A DNA stretch of 63,112 nt, filler included, from Reclinomonas americana ATCC 50394 (lineage: Eukaryota), in NCBI GenBank assembly GCA_048213135.1. It is 3 parts of 2 records of this genome, joined end to end, with 100 filler letters (N's around TTAATTAATTAA, not from the genome) between each part and the next. Parts side by side here need not be neighbours in the genome. Positions count along the whole stretch, not along the records: positions 27,073 to 58,899 come from PS015050.1; positions 59,000 to 63,112 come from PS015050.1; 1 more part is not named here. One strand, 5' to 3'. Each line of letters starts with the position of its first letter. Within the stretch, counting starts at the first letter, position 1. Below the pieces are notes generated by a model. It made no database searches and was not told the DNA's origin. It saw only the letters and a program-made list of their open reading frames with translations. This document shows, piece after piece, positions 48,675 to 63,112 of the stretch. The translations under genes were made by a program, and so were the position numbers.

Positions 48675-50183
48675 ATGCGACCACGTCGAAAGCGAAGGAT
48701 CGATGACTTGGATGAGTGCAGTGCCGTCGCCAAGGCACACGCACCGCGACGGTCCTCACGCAAGCCCTCACGTCCGTCTGTTGCTGAGGGTCGTCGCACT
48801 CCTGTCGCAAATGCGATTGTTGAGACCGGATCGCCTGAACGCAAGCGACGCCGGCTTGGTGGCAAGCCAATGGCGGCTGCGGAAGCCGAGCGAGTTGATC
48901 CTACCACTGTCCGGGAGTGGTGTGACCCCACTGGTGTCACCTACACAGTTGACGCTGCTCTGGGCAGCAGTGCAAGCATGGCTGTTGTGCAGGGTGTGTG
49001 TGTGTGTGTGCTGGTTGCGACCACCCTGTGTGCCTCTACAGTACACGCTGATACAAGACCCTCTCGCCCAGCTCACGTCGAAGATGTGATTGATGATGGT
49101 CCATCAAAATGTGTCGCGCTGAAGGTCAACACGCTGGCGGCGACGAGGCCGATGTACGCATTGCATGCCGAGTTCAAGATGTACGAACGGGCCACTGCGG
49201 CAGGGTTTGGTTTGTCGGCAGTGCGTGGATTCTCGTGGCCTGTCCCTGACTCTGTGTGATGCATGCGCCAACCAGAGCATCTGCCGACCATCTTTGGATA
49301 CTTTGTGTGCCGAGATCCCGCTGCCGAAGTTCTCGTCATGGAGCCATACGACTCGTCGCTGTGGCAACTGTTTCAGCAGCCGTCGACGCGCTGGACCTCC
49401 CGCACCTTCTGTCAGCTTGCGCTTGCGCTGTGCACGGTGCTTGACCAGTTCCACTCCACTGGCATGGTGCACTTTGACATCAAGCCTGACAACATCCTGC
49501 TGCGGTACAACGATGCCGAGCATGAGATCCGCAAAGTGGTACTCTGCGACCTCTTCACGGCACGGCCAATCGTGCCGTTGAAGTGGCACTTTGATTGCGG
49601 CACTCCTCCGTACCGCAGCATTCGGACCATGCTGAAGAAGCGTGAGTTCTTTCGCCTCTGACATCCGCGTCTTGTCGTGATGGTGTCTCACTGATCCACA
49701 ACTCCAGCTCAATCACGCTTTGACGACTTCGAGAGTCTTCTCTACACACTCCTTTGTGTGATGACGTGCCGACCACTTCCGTGGCTGTATGCCAACGACA
49801 GTGATATTCTGGAACGAAAGCTCTCTTTCCGCCAGGCGGTGCTTTCGGGCTGTGATGTTGTTTCGGCCCTGGTCTCTTCCAGCGAGAACACCGGTGCGTG
49901 GATGTGGTTCGTGACTGGTGGTGCTTGTTGGTGTTGTCATTCATTGTGCAACACAGCACCTATGGAGGGGGACCGGAGCGCCGTGCTTGCCACCGGGATT
50001 GGTGCCCTTTCCGAGTTCGCGCGTGTCGTGTTCAAGCACTCAAGTAGCCGTGACGCACTCGTCGCGGCAGCTGGCGAGGCTGCTAGCAGAGAACTGCTGG
50101 AGCCCTTCTGCAATGCTCTGGCTGTGTCCGTTGGCCATCATCTGCTCCTCCCTATTTGTTCAACCACCAGTGAGACTCAGTGA
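48675..50183 (+). CDS. Divergent casein-kinase-1-group Ser/Thr protein kinase
   Basis: VALKV, LVMEPY..SL, VHFDIKPDNIL, LCDLF, GTPPYRSI and QSRFDDFESLLY...LPW (compare CK1 QSRRDDLESLGY...LPW). Basic N-terminal extension. Confidence 0.8.
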
Positions 50184-51312
50184 CTGCACTGCGTGAGTCG
50201 AGTAAAATCGATCCGTAAACTAGTGAAGCATGGTCAGAATCGGCCAGATCACTGCACACCCGCATCAGCCAGAGGCAGCTGGATAGGTGGCATCCAATTG
50301 CTGAATCATTGTCTAGCATCGAATGCCCGAGTTCATCCTTTAATCGCAGTCGCACTCAGTCGGACCATCGACTTGTCTTCCACACTGCTGTTAGCAACGA
50401 GGGTGTTATCTTGTTTGGTTGNNNNNNNNNNNNNNNNNNNNNNNNNNNNNNNNNNNNNNNNNNNNNNNNNNNNNNNNNNNNNNNNNNNNNNNNNNNNNNN
50501 NNNNNNNNNNNNNNNNNNNNNNNNNNNNNNNNNNNNNNNNNNNNNNNNNNNNNNNNNNNNNNNNNNNNNNNNNNNNNNNNNNNNNNNNNNNNNNNNNNNN
50601 NNNNNNNNNNNNNNNNNNNNNNNNNNNNNNNNNNNNNNNNNNNNNNNNNNNNNNNNNNNNNNNNNNNNNNNNNNNNNNNNNNNNNNNNNNNNNNNNNNNN
50701 NNNNNNNNNNNNNNNNNNNNNNNNNNNNNNNNNNNNNNNNNNNNNNNNNNNNNNNNNNNNNNNNNNNNNNNNNNNNNNNNNNNNNNNNNNNNNNNNNNNN
50801 NNNNNNNNNNNNNNNNNNNNNNNNNNNNNNNNNNNNNNNNNNNNNNNNNNNNNNNNNNNNNNNNNNNNNNNNNNNNNNNNNNNNNNNNNNNNNNNNNNNN
50901 NNNNNNNNNNNNNNNNNNNNNNNNNNNNNNNNNNNNNNNNNNNNNNNNNNNNNNNNNNNNNNNNNNNNNNNNNNNNNNNNNNNNNNNNNNNNNNNNNNNN
51001 NNNNNNNNNNNNNNNNNNNNNNNNNNNNNNNNNNNNNNNNNNNNNNNNNNNNNNNNNNNNNNNNNNNNNNNNNNNNNNNNNNNNNNNNNNNNNNNNNNNN
51101 NNNNNNNNNNNNNNNNNNNNNNNNNNNNNNNNNNNNNNNNNNNNNNNNNNNNNNNNNNNNNNNNNNNNNNNNNNNNNNNNNNNNNNNNNNNNNNNNNNNN
51201 NNNNNNNNNNNNNNNNNNNNNNNNNNNNNNNNNNNNNNNNNNNNNNNNNNNNNNNNNNNNNNNNNNNNNNNNNNNNNNNNNNNNNNNNNNNNNNNNNNNN
51301 NNNNNNNNNNNN

Positions 51313-51790
51313 GTCCTCCTCCTCCTCCTCGTCCTCCTCGTCGAGCAAGACGCAGACGACCAAGTCGGGCTCGTCGACCACCACCACCACCACGACGACG
51401 ACCGAGTCCGTGTCCACTCGTGCCACGTACTCGTCTTCCTCGTCGGGCTCGTCCTCGCGTGCTGCGGGAGCCGGTGGACCGCCGCAGGGCATGCCAAGTT
51501 GCGGCGACGGCGGTGGGCGTGTGTATGTGTGTGTGTGTCACTCATCCTCTGTTGCGCAGGTTGGGTGACACCCGACATTTTCCAGCGCATGATGGGCGAC
51601 CCGGAACTCATCAAGATCCTCACCAACGAAAAGGTCCGCCAGTCTTCGCCGACCATCTCCATCTACGCTTCTCCCTCACCCTATTTATTTTTTGCGCCAC
51701 AGATTGCACGCGCAATTGCCGAGATCTCTGCCGACGGCAGCGCGTTTGCGAAATACCGAAACGATCCAGAGGTCACGGTGCCTTTACGAA
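51313..51790 (+). CDS. ST13: Hsc70-interacting protein (Hip) C-terminal STI1/DP domain fragment, opposite in orientation to the rest of the gene
   Basis: GPPQGMP...MMGDPELIKILTNEK|IARAIAEISADGSAFAKYRNDPE. Small contig between N gaps. Confidence 0.7.
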
Positions 51791-52156
51791 ATTCTCCCAG
51801 TTGGTCGGGCAGGCCATTGATCCTCAATGAGCGCCGACATTATCACTCGACACTNNNNNNNNNNNNNNNNNNNNNNNNNNNNNNNNNNNNNNNNNNNNNN
51901 NNNNNNNNNNNNNNNNNNNNNNNNNNNNNNNNNNNNNNNNNNNNNNNNNNNNNNNNNNNNNNNNNNNNNNNNNNNNNNNNNNNNNNNNNNNNNNNNNNNN
52001 NNNNNNNNNNNNNNNNNNNNNNNNNNNNNNNNNNNNNNNNNNNNNNNNNNNNNNNNNNNNNNNNNNNNNNNNNNNNNNNNNNNNNNNNNNNNNNNNNNNN
52101 NNNNNNNNNNNNNNNNNNNNNNNNNNNNNNNNNNNNNNNNNNNNNNNNNNNNNNNN

Positions 52157-53080
52157 GCCGACGAGTTGGGGGCGCCGCCGCCCGTGATGCGCCGCAGCAA
52201 CTCGGTGGAGGCCGCGTCAGGCTCATACCGCAGCGCCGTCTGCAGATCCTCCTTGGCCTTGGCCTCCTCGTGCAGCGCATAGTGGCACGCTCCACGCACA
52301 TGATAGGCCAGCGGGAAGTCCGGATTCAACTGCAACGCCATGTCACAGTCGCGCACCGCATGCCGAAAGTGCCCGAGCTCCCGCAGACACACGGCGCGCT
52401 TGCCGTACAACACCGCCGAGCGCGGCTGCAACAGAATGGCATTGGTGAAGTGCCGCACCGCGCCCAGCAGATCGCCCTGCTGCTTGGCTTCGCCACCAAG
52501 CAGCTTCTCCTCCTGACTGCGCTGCTTCATCTCGGACGTGCACTCCAGATTCGGGTCACCCATGAGCGGCGCATCGCCGGTTTCCTCAGCTGGAGGCGAT
52601 GGTGGTGGCGAGGGGGGAGAAGCAGCAGCAGCCGCAGCAGCGGGAGGAGGCGGAGGAGACGCAGAGGAAGCAGCAGGTCGCGGACGCGGTGGTGGTGGTG
52701 CAGACGACTCGGCGTCACTGCGCGCGACTTTTTCTCTGCGACATCATCATCATCAACACCAAATGTAAACGCGCGCGCGCACACTACACAGACACACGCT
52801 CACTCCTTGCCTCTCTCTCTCTCTCACACACATATCTCTCTCTGTTGTCTCTGTGCTCACATTTTGTACTCGGCTGGGATGGTGGCACCCCATTCCAGCA
52901 GAAAGTCCTTGAAGAACGACAGCTGTGGCGAGTGCACCATCTGTGGGTGCTTGCGGATGACCTGAACAAGAGGAAGAAAAGGGGGAGTTTATGAGGAAAA
53001 AGACAAGTAAGTCGCACAAGAAAAGACACGCGCGACGAAACATTCAACAGTGTCTTGAGTTGCGCAAAGTCTTGACTCAT
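52157..53080 (-). CDS. ST13: Hsc70-interacting protein (Hip): N-terminal dimerisation region and TPR domain
   Basis: MSQDFAQLKTLLN|VIRKHPQMVHSPQLSFFKDFLLE; MGDPNLE; TPRs FTNAILLQPRSAVLYGKRA...AVRDCDMALQLNPD...AYHVRG. Confidence 0.85.
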
Positions 53081-53421
53081 GAGAGAGCGAGAGAGAGAGA
53101 GAGAGGCCAGTGAGGACGTTGACGCGCGCGCAAAAAGCACCTATGCGGACAGTCTTGCTCGCCGCGGAGAAACTGTCCATTCACATCATCGCGTGCATCA
53201 CTTGCGGGTGCGTTGCTCCCTCTCTGCCTCCTCTCTCTCTGTGTGTGTGTCGAACGTACTCTCCTGCGTGCACCTCTCCCTGTGCACGCACGCACGCTGA
53301 ACGATCTGTTGTTCTGTGAGAGGAGATTGACGGAGATAGAGAGAGTGCATCTTTTGTGCGACTCTCTCTCACACGCGCGTGTGTGTGTGTGTGTGTACGT
53401 GTGCAGATCGTTGCTGTTGTT

Positions 53422-54260
53422 ATGATTGAGCAGGCACTGCGAAGGTGCGTCTGCGCTTGTGTGTGTGTGTGTGTGTGGATTCTTGTCTCCGGAATTGACG
53501 CGATGATGTGTATGTGCACGCAGGCTGACGGTGGGTGCGATTGCACTGGGCGCGCTGGGCTCGCTGGCGCAGTCGTCGCTCTACACAGGTGCGCGNNNNN
53601 NNNNNNNNNNNNNNNNNNNNNNNNNNNNNNNNNNNNNNNNNNNNNNNNNNNNNNNNNNNNNNNNNNNNNNNNNNNNNNNNNNNNNNNNNNNNNNNNNNNN
53701 NNNNNNNNNNNNNNNNNNNNNNNNNNNNNNNNNNNNNNNNNNNNNNNNNNNNNNNNNNNNNNNNNNNNNNNNNNNNNNNNNNNNNNNNNNNNNNNNNNNN
53801 NNNNNNNNNNNNNNNNNNNNNNNNNNNNNNNNNNNNNNNNNNNNNNNNNNNNNNNNNNNNNNNNNNNNNNNNNNNNNNNNNNNNNNNNNNNNNNNNNNNN
53901 NNNNNNNNNNNNNNNNNNNNNNNNNNNNNNNNNNNNNNNNNNNNNNNNNNNNNNNNNNNNNNNNNNNNNNNNNNNNNNNNNNNNNNNNNNNTGTGTGTGT
54001 CATCACCGAGTGCGCGCATGTGCAGACATCACTCACTCACGCACTTCCTCGCGACACACACAGTGGAGCCTGGTCACCGTGCGGTCATCTTCGATCGGTT
54101 CCAGGGAGTCAAGGATGTGGTCATTGGTGTGTGTATGAGAGAGAAGAGAGTGTGTGTGTGACGACATGTTGACTCACGTGTCAAACAGGCGAGGGCATGC
54201 ACTTCCGCATCCCGTGGGTGCAGCGGCCGATTCCGTTTGATGTGCGCACTCGTCCACGGT
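53422..54260 (+). CDS. PHB1: Prohibitin, 5' exons (spanning an N gap)
   Basis: [17 protein letters not shown]...[23 protein letters not shown]..|[23 protein letters not shown]. Confidence 0.9.
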
Positions 54261-54517
54261 GCGTGCATGCATGAGTGTCTGCTTTTCACTGTTCAATTGC
54301 ACACTNNNNNNNNNNNNNNNNNNNNNNNNNNNNNNNNNNNNNNNNNNNNNNNNNNNNNNNNNNNNNNNNNNNNNNNNNNNNNNNNNNNNNNNNNNNNNNN
54401 NNNNNNNNNNNNNNNNNNNNNNNNNNNNNNNNNNNNNNNNNNNNNNNNNNNNNNNNNNNNNNNNNNNNNNNNNNNNNNNNNNNNNNNNNNNNNNNNNNNN
54501 TGTCAGCTCAAAAGACG

Positions 54518-54850
54518 CACCACCACAGCCTTCATGACTTCGTTGCCAATGGACGGCAGCACACGTTCGTCGTAATCCAGACCCAAGTTCTGCGCACACA
54601 TGCTCCGTCACAACCTGCGCTTCGCCGAGAGAAGAACCACCTGAAGCAACAGACCTGGAAAATGGCCGGCAGACGCTCGACTTCCGGGCGGTGCAGCACA
54701 CGCAGCGTGATCGAGATGTTCTGCAGATCTGCACCAAACACACACACACACACACACACAATGAGCTCTCTCTCTCTCACTCCACACTCTCGCACAGTCT
54801 CTCTCTCTCTCGTGCACACCCTTTGTTCCGGTGGTCGTGTTGATCGGTCT
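54518..54850 (-). CDS. PHB1: Prohibitin, middle exons, on an inverted contig
   Basis: TTTGTK|DLQNISITLRVLHRP...LPAIFQ|NLGLDYDERVLPSIGNEVMKAVV on the minus strand; supplies the segment missing between the flanking plus-strand parts. Confidence 0.9.
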
Positions 54851-55651
54851 GCACAAGAATGTGNNNNNNNNNNNNNNNNNNNNNNNNNNNNNNNNNNNNN
54901 NNNNNNNNNNNNNNNNNNNNNNNNNNNNNNNNNNNNNNNNNNNNNNNNNNNNNNNNNNNNNNNNNNNNNNNNNNNNNNNNNNNNNNNNNNNNNNNNNNNN
55001 NNNNNNNNNNNNNNNNNNNNNNNNNNNNNNNNNNNNNNNNNNNNNNNNNNNNNNNNNNNNNNNNNNNNNNNNNNNNNNNNNNNNNNNNNNNNNNNNNNNN
55101 NNNNNNNNNNNNNNNNNNNNNNNNNNNNNNNNNNNNNNNNNNNNNNNNNNNNNNNNNNNNNNNNNNNNNNNNNNNNNNNNNNNNNNNNNNNNNNNNNNNN
55201 NNNNNNNNNNNNNNNNNNNNNNNNNNNNNNNNNNNNNNNNNNNNNNNNNNNNNNNNNNNNNNNNNNNNNNNNNNNNNNNNNNNNNNNNNNNNNNNNNNNN
55301 NNNNNNNNNNNNNNNNNNNNNNNNNNNNNNNNNNNNNNNNNNNNNNNNNNNNNNNNNNNNNNNNNNNNNNNNNNNNNNNNNNNNNNNNNNNNNNNNNNNN
55401 NNNNNNNNNNNNNNNNNNNNNNNNNNNNNNNNNNNNNNNNNNNNNNNNNNNNNNNNNNNNNNNNNNNNNNNNNNNNNNNNNNNNNNNNNNNNNNNNNNNN
55501 NNNNNNNNNNNNNNNNNNNNNNNNNNNNNNNNNNNNNNNNNNNNNNNNNNNNNNNNNNNNNNNNNNNNNNNNNNNNNNNNNNNNNNNNNNNNNNNNNNNT
55601 CTCGTTCTTCTCGTTCCTTTCTCCTTTTGCTCACCTTCTCCCTGCTCCACA

Positions 55652-56158
55652 GGCTCAATACAACGCCGAAGAGCTGATCACCCGCCGTGAGCAAGTGTCG
55701 CGCCAGATTCGCAGCGGTCTGGAGCAGCGTGCACGCGAGTTCCACTTGATTCTCGACGACATTTCCATCACACATCTGGCATTCGGCAAGGAGTTCACCG
55801 ATGCCGTCGAGCGCAAGCAAGTCGGTGAGTGGGGTGAAGAAGCAGCTTTCACCCGTGGCTGCTGCTGACCCATGCTTGTGTGTGTGTGTGTCGCTGCGCA
55901 GCCGAGCAGGAGGCCGAGCGCTCCAAGTTTGTGGTGCTGCGCACCGAGCAGGAGAAGCTGGCATCGATTATCCGCGCCGAGGGTGACGCACAGGCTGCGC
56001 GTTTGATCTCCGAAGCCATGAAGGCTGGTCCGGGTCTGGTGGAGGTGCGCCGCATTGAGGCCGCTCGTGAGATTGCTGCCACGCTGGCCAAGTCGCGTAA
56101 TGTGGCATACCTGCCGTCTGGTGGCAACGTGCTCTTCAGCATGGGTGCAGCGGCGTAA
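55652..56158 (+). CDS. PHB1: Prohibitin, 3' exons
   Basis: [16 protein letters not shown]...[36 protein letters not shown]...IIRAEGD...[22 protein letters not shown]. Stop TAA 56156-56158. Confidence 0.95.
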
Positions 56159-56757
56159 GCAGGCGTGGGGAATTGGCTGTCTGGCGACGCTTCCGACCTT
56201 GTCGCGTGTGATCTTTTGTGACGCGACGAGAGCATGATGTTTCGGGAGTGGTTGTCGACGGCGTGTGCAGGTGGTGGTGGTGGTGGTGGTGGTTGGTGAC
56301 CTTGCTTCATTGGTCGCCGCAATAGTTTGCAATGGGGGTGGTGGGGCGTAGTTTGTGTTGTAAGCAAAAAGAGAATAGAACAAGAAATGTGTGGGACTCT
56401 TTCTTGTGTGTTTGTTTGTTGCACTCCTTAAGGATTTCATTTGTGAAGAACGCGAGATATAATAAGCGTTGAAATTCAACGCTTCTGCTCACACAGGATG
56501 ATTTACTCCTCATCTCCCTCCTGACACAGAACCACCTGATAGCCTAGGACATAAGCTACAGAATGCACCCACGCACGCCAGAAGCACAAGAAATAACAGA
56601 GAAACGAGCCTCACAAGATGACCAGGTGGAAGCCTTCCCCGACCTCGCCCCGCCGAAACCAGCTCCAAACACACGCGCGCAGCAAGCACACATGGGATAC
56701 GATTCTCCTGGCAACTCTTGACAAAACAGTGTGTGAACTAGTGGGCCAAAGAGGAGT

Positions 56758-58119
56758 TTACTTCATGGACTGAGTTTGCCGCTCCGCTTGAATTGCCTTC
56801 GTCAACTCGCCAGGGCGTAGAGGAGCAGAAAGCTTGTAGCCGTAAGCATCTGAGGCAGTTCCGCGCACGCCGCTTCTGGCAGATGTGTTGGAGGTTCCAG
56901 TGAGCGACAAATCGCTTGAGGCTTCCATGTATGTGACAGGGGTTGCCGTCGAGACAGTAGGCGCGGCACTCGGCAGCTTGGGTTGCTTTGCATGGAGTGC
57001 TTCCGAGACAGCGAGATACATGGTGGCGAATGAGGGGCTTGCCATTGCGTTTGAGTATTGTTGATGAATGCAAATACAATTGCGACGTCGCCTTTCTTGC
57101 CCCGCGACGGGGAAGTACAACAACAATAGTAGGGGCGTGTGTGAGTGTGTAGGAAAAAGAGAGAGAGAGATTTCATCATCACTGAGCGGGAGGTGGGTGA
57201 GCAACAACTAAGAGCCAACTAGGTGAGAGAGAAGTGTCTGATTGCGTGCGCACAGGGTGCCTACTGCCAGCCCGTCTTCAGGCTGTCCTCACGGCTGTCC
57301 ACATGACGACGTCCCTTGCCAGCAGCCGCCTGCACAATCCATGAGCACACAACTCACCAACACCCCTTGTCCACGAGACGAGAGCGCAAAATACCTCCTC
57401 GCGCTCCCACGGGGCACCAGCAATCGGCTGCGGTCCACCGCGCACCACTCGATCAGGCCTCGCAGCCGCCTACGTACGTGTAGTCAGCATCGCACACTCA
57501 CTCACTCGACAACTGCTCGAGCAAGGTGGGCCAGGTTCACCTGAGCAGCCGCGCGGCTGGTGGACTCGGGTGTCTCCAGTGACCCATCGACGGCCCACGG
57601 TGCGGCCGACTTGTGGGCCGGCGTGTGTGACGAGCGGCCAACACGACTATGCACCATCACCAATCAATCACCCGGCGACAGCAATATCACACACAGTGTG
57701 TGCGCCACTCAACAGTGGCTCTGGCTCCTCAGGCTCATAGCGTGATCGCTGCTGTTGCTGGTACTGCGGCTGCTGCGGTGGCTTGTTGGTGGGTGACTGA
57801 TGTGCGGCGTGCGACGACGAGGCAAAGTGCACCGGCGCAGTGCCGTCCGTGGCAAACGGCGCATCCGTCGAGTGCTTGTTCAAGCTGTGCAGAGGTCGCG
57901 GCGGCTTGCTGTCATACGTCTCCCGCTCGTCGTCCAACCAAGGCGCCGCTTGTGCTGCTGCGCGTGTGTGCGAGCGAGCGTGTGTGTGAGAGATCACTGA
58001 ATCTGTGTGCGCGCGCGAAACTTGTCTCGAATTGTGCCTTCTCACACGCGCGTGTGTGTGTCTGTGTGCTGTCTGTGTGTGTGGCACTCACCGCCTCCAC
58101 GATTGCGAGTGCCGGCCAT
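56758..58119 (-). CDS. Hypothetical low-complexity multi-exon protein
   Basis: ATG 58119 (MAGTRNRGG|GTGAGT donor), exon APWLDDERETY...APFATD, Gln/Pro-rich exon, and a last open frame ending 56758. No family recognised. Confidence 0.35.
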
Positions 58120-58366
58120 GATTCGATGCGCGTGAGTGTGTGTAAAAAAAAAGAGCGACGGAGCCAAACGGCACCGAGAATATTCATGCTCTCCCGCGCA
58201 TTGCACGCATCTGTCCCGTTTGCATTTCGCATGAGCACTCGCCGACTTCGCTCAGCGTTGCGTCTTCCACTCTCTCCTCCCATGCGCGCACCGTTCTCAT
58301 CTCTCTCTCATCTACAGCGATTCGGTGGTCAGCTCGTCTGTGTCACCACCGGCACTCGTCGACACA

Positions 58367-58780
58367 ATGACTGTTACACACACGACGACCGCCAAGACGC
58401 GCACGTTCAGTGGGCGACGCAGGAAACGATCACACGAGGAGGCTGCTGTCAACCATGGGAGTGGTGGTGGTGATGATGATGATGATGATAACGACGATGA
58501 CGATGTTGATGCAATTGCGCCTCGACGACATGCCGGTGCGCTGTCGTTCTTTCCGCTGACGGCTGCGGTGAGCAAGGCAGCGAGGAGGGAGTCGTCGTCG
58601 GCATCGCCACCACGGAAACGGGCTGCGCGTCGTGCTGGTGGAATGGGCAGTGTGCTTCATGCGGCTGGTGATGCTGTGCTGGTGGAGCATCAGCACTTGG
58701 ATGTGGGCCAGAAGCGGTTCGGGGTGATTACGTGCTCCGTGTGTGGCATGGTGTTCACGGCCGGTCATCCGAGTGATGAG
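58367..58780 (+). CDS. Cohesin acetyltransferase Eco1/ESCO family, 5' exon (zinc-finger region), truncated by the scaffold end
   Basis: HQHLDVGQKRFGVITCSVCGMVFTAGHPSDE matches the Eco1/ESCO Q..LD.GQK.FG...C..CGM.Y....P.DE motif. Followed by a GT donor. Confidence 0.85.
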
Positions 58781-58786
58781 GTGGGT

Positions 58787-58846
58787 TGAGGGGGAGAGGG
58801 GAGAGGGAGAGGGAGATTGAGAGGGAGATTGAGAGGGAGAGAGAGA

Positions 58847-58895
<49 letters not shown>
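58787..58895. repeat. (GA)n purine-rich simple repeat
   Basis: GGGGAGA/GAGA tandem run up to the scaffold end. Confidence 0.92.
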
Positions 58896-58897
<2 letters not shown>

Positions 58898-58899
58898 CG

Positions 58900-58999
58900 N
58901 NNNNNNNNNNNNNNNNNNNNNNNNNNNNNNNNNNNNNNNNNNNTTAATTAATTAANNNNNNNNNNNNNNNNNNNNNNNNNNNNNNNNNNNNNNNNNNNN
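58900..58999. other. Artificial scaffold-joining spacer
   Basis: 44 N + TTAATTAATTAA + 44 N. Confidence 0.97.
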
Positions 59000-59039
59000 A
59001 GAGAGAGAGAGAGAGACTAGACTCGCAAATCATCGGATC

Positions 59040-62921
<3,882 letters not shown>

Positions 62922-63001
62922 CCTAACAGAGAGAAGAGTGAGAAGAGAGAGAGAAAGAGAGAGAGAAAAAGGCAGAAAGGAGAATAACGAATGTGACTGC
63001 A

Positions 63002-63112
<111 letters not shown>

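Noticed and set aside
50193-55964. Long ORFs in the track containing X runs
   Set aside because: Open only because N gaps contain no stop codons.

Overview
Eukaryotic nuclear DNA from an intron-dense, GC-rich organism, probably a protist (taxon not identifiable from sequence alone). It uses the standard code and mostly 55-100 nt spliceosomal introns, so the ORF track shows only exon fragments. The window is not one locus: two artificial 100-nt spacers (44 N + TTAATTAATTAA + 44 N, at 26973-27072 and 58900-58999) join three scaffolds, and six further N gaps lie inside them. About 18 genes or gene fragments were reconstructed by hand. Scaffold 1 holds a dsRBD-DEAH helicase, a WD40-kinase-HECT fusion, TARBP1/Trm3, a scramblase, a 2-TM protein, a sterol-glucosyltransferase-like enzyme, a NACHT pseudogene and a non-LTR RT fragment. 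Scaffold 2 holds a class-IV aminotransferase, a PH protein, a BAH protein, a TRAF-type Zn-finger protein, an ABCA transporter, a bacterial-type methyltransferase, a CK1-like kinase, Hip/ST13, prohibitin, a hypothetical gene and Eco1/ESCO. Scaffold 3 holds a coiled-coil protein. The three most notable observations: (1) an apparently intact WD40 + pseudokinase + pseudo-HECT protein in which both enzyme domains lack catalytic residues; (2) an ABCA transporter with Walker A, signature and Walker B all degenerate; (3) a 2-TM protein resembling ENaC/PAC-type channels. All gene models and family calls come from manual motif reading; no searches were run.
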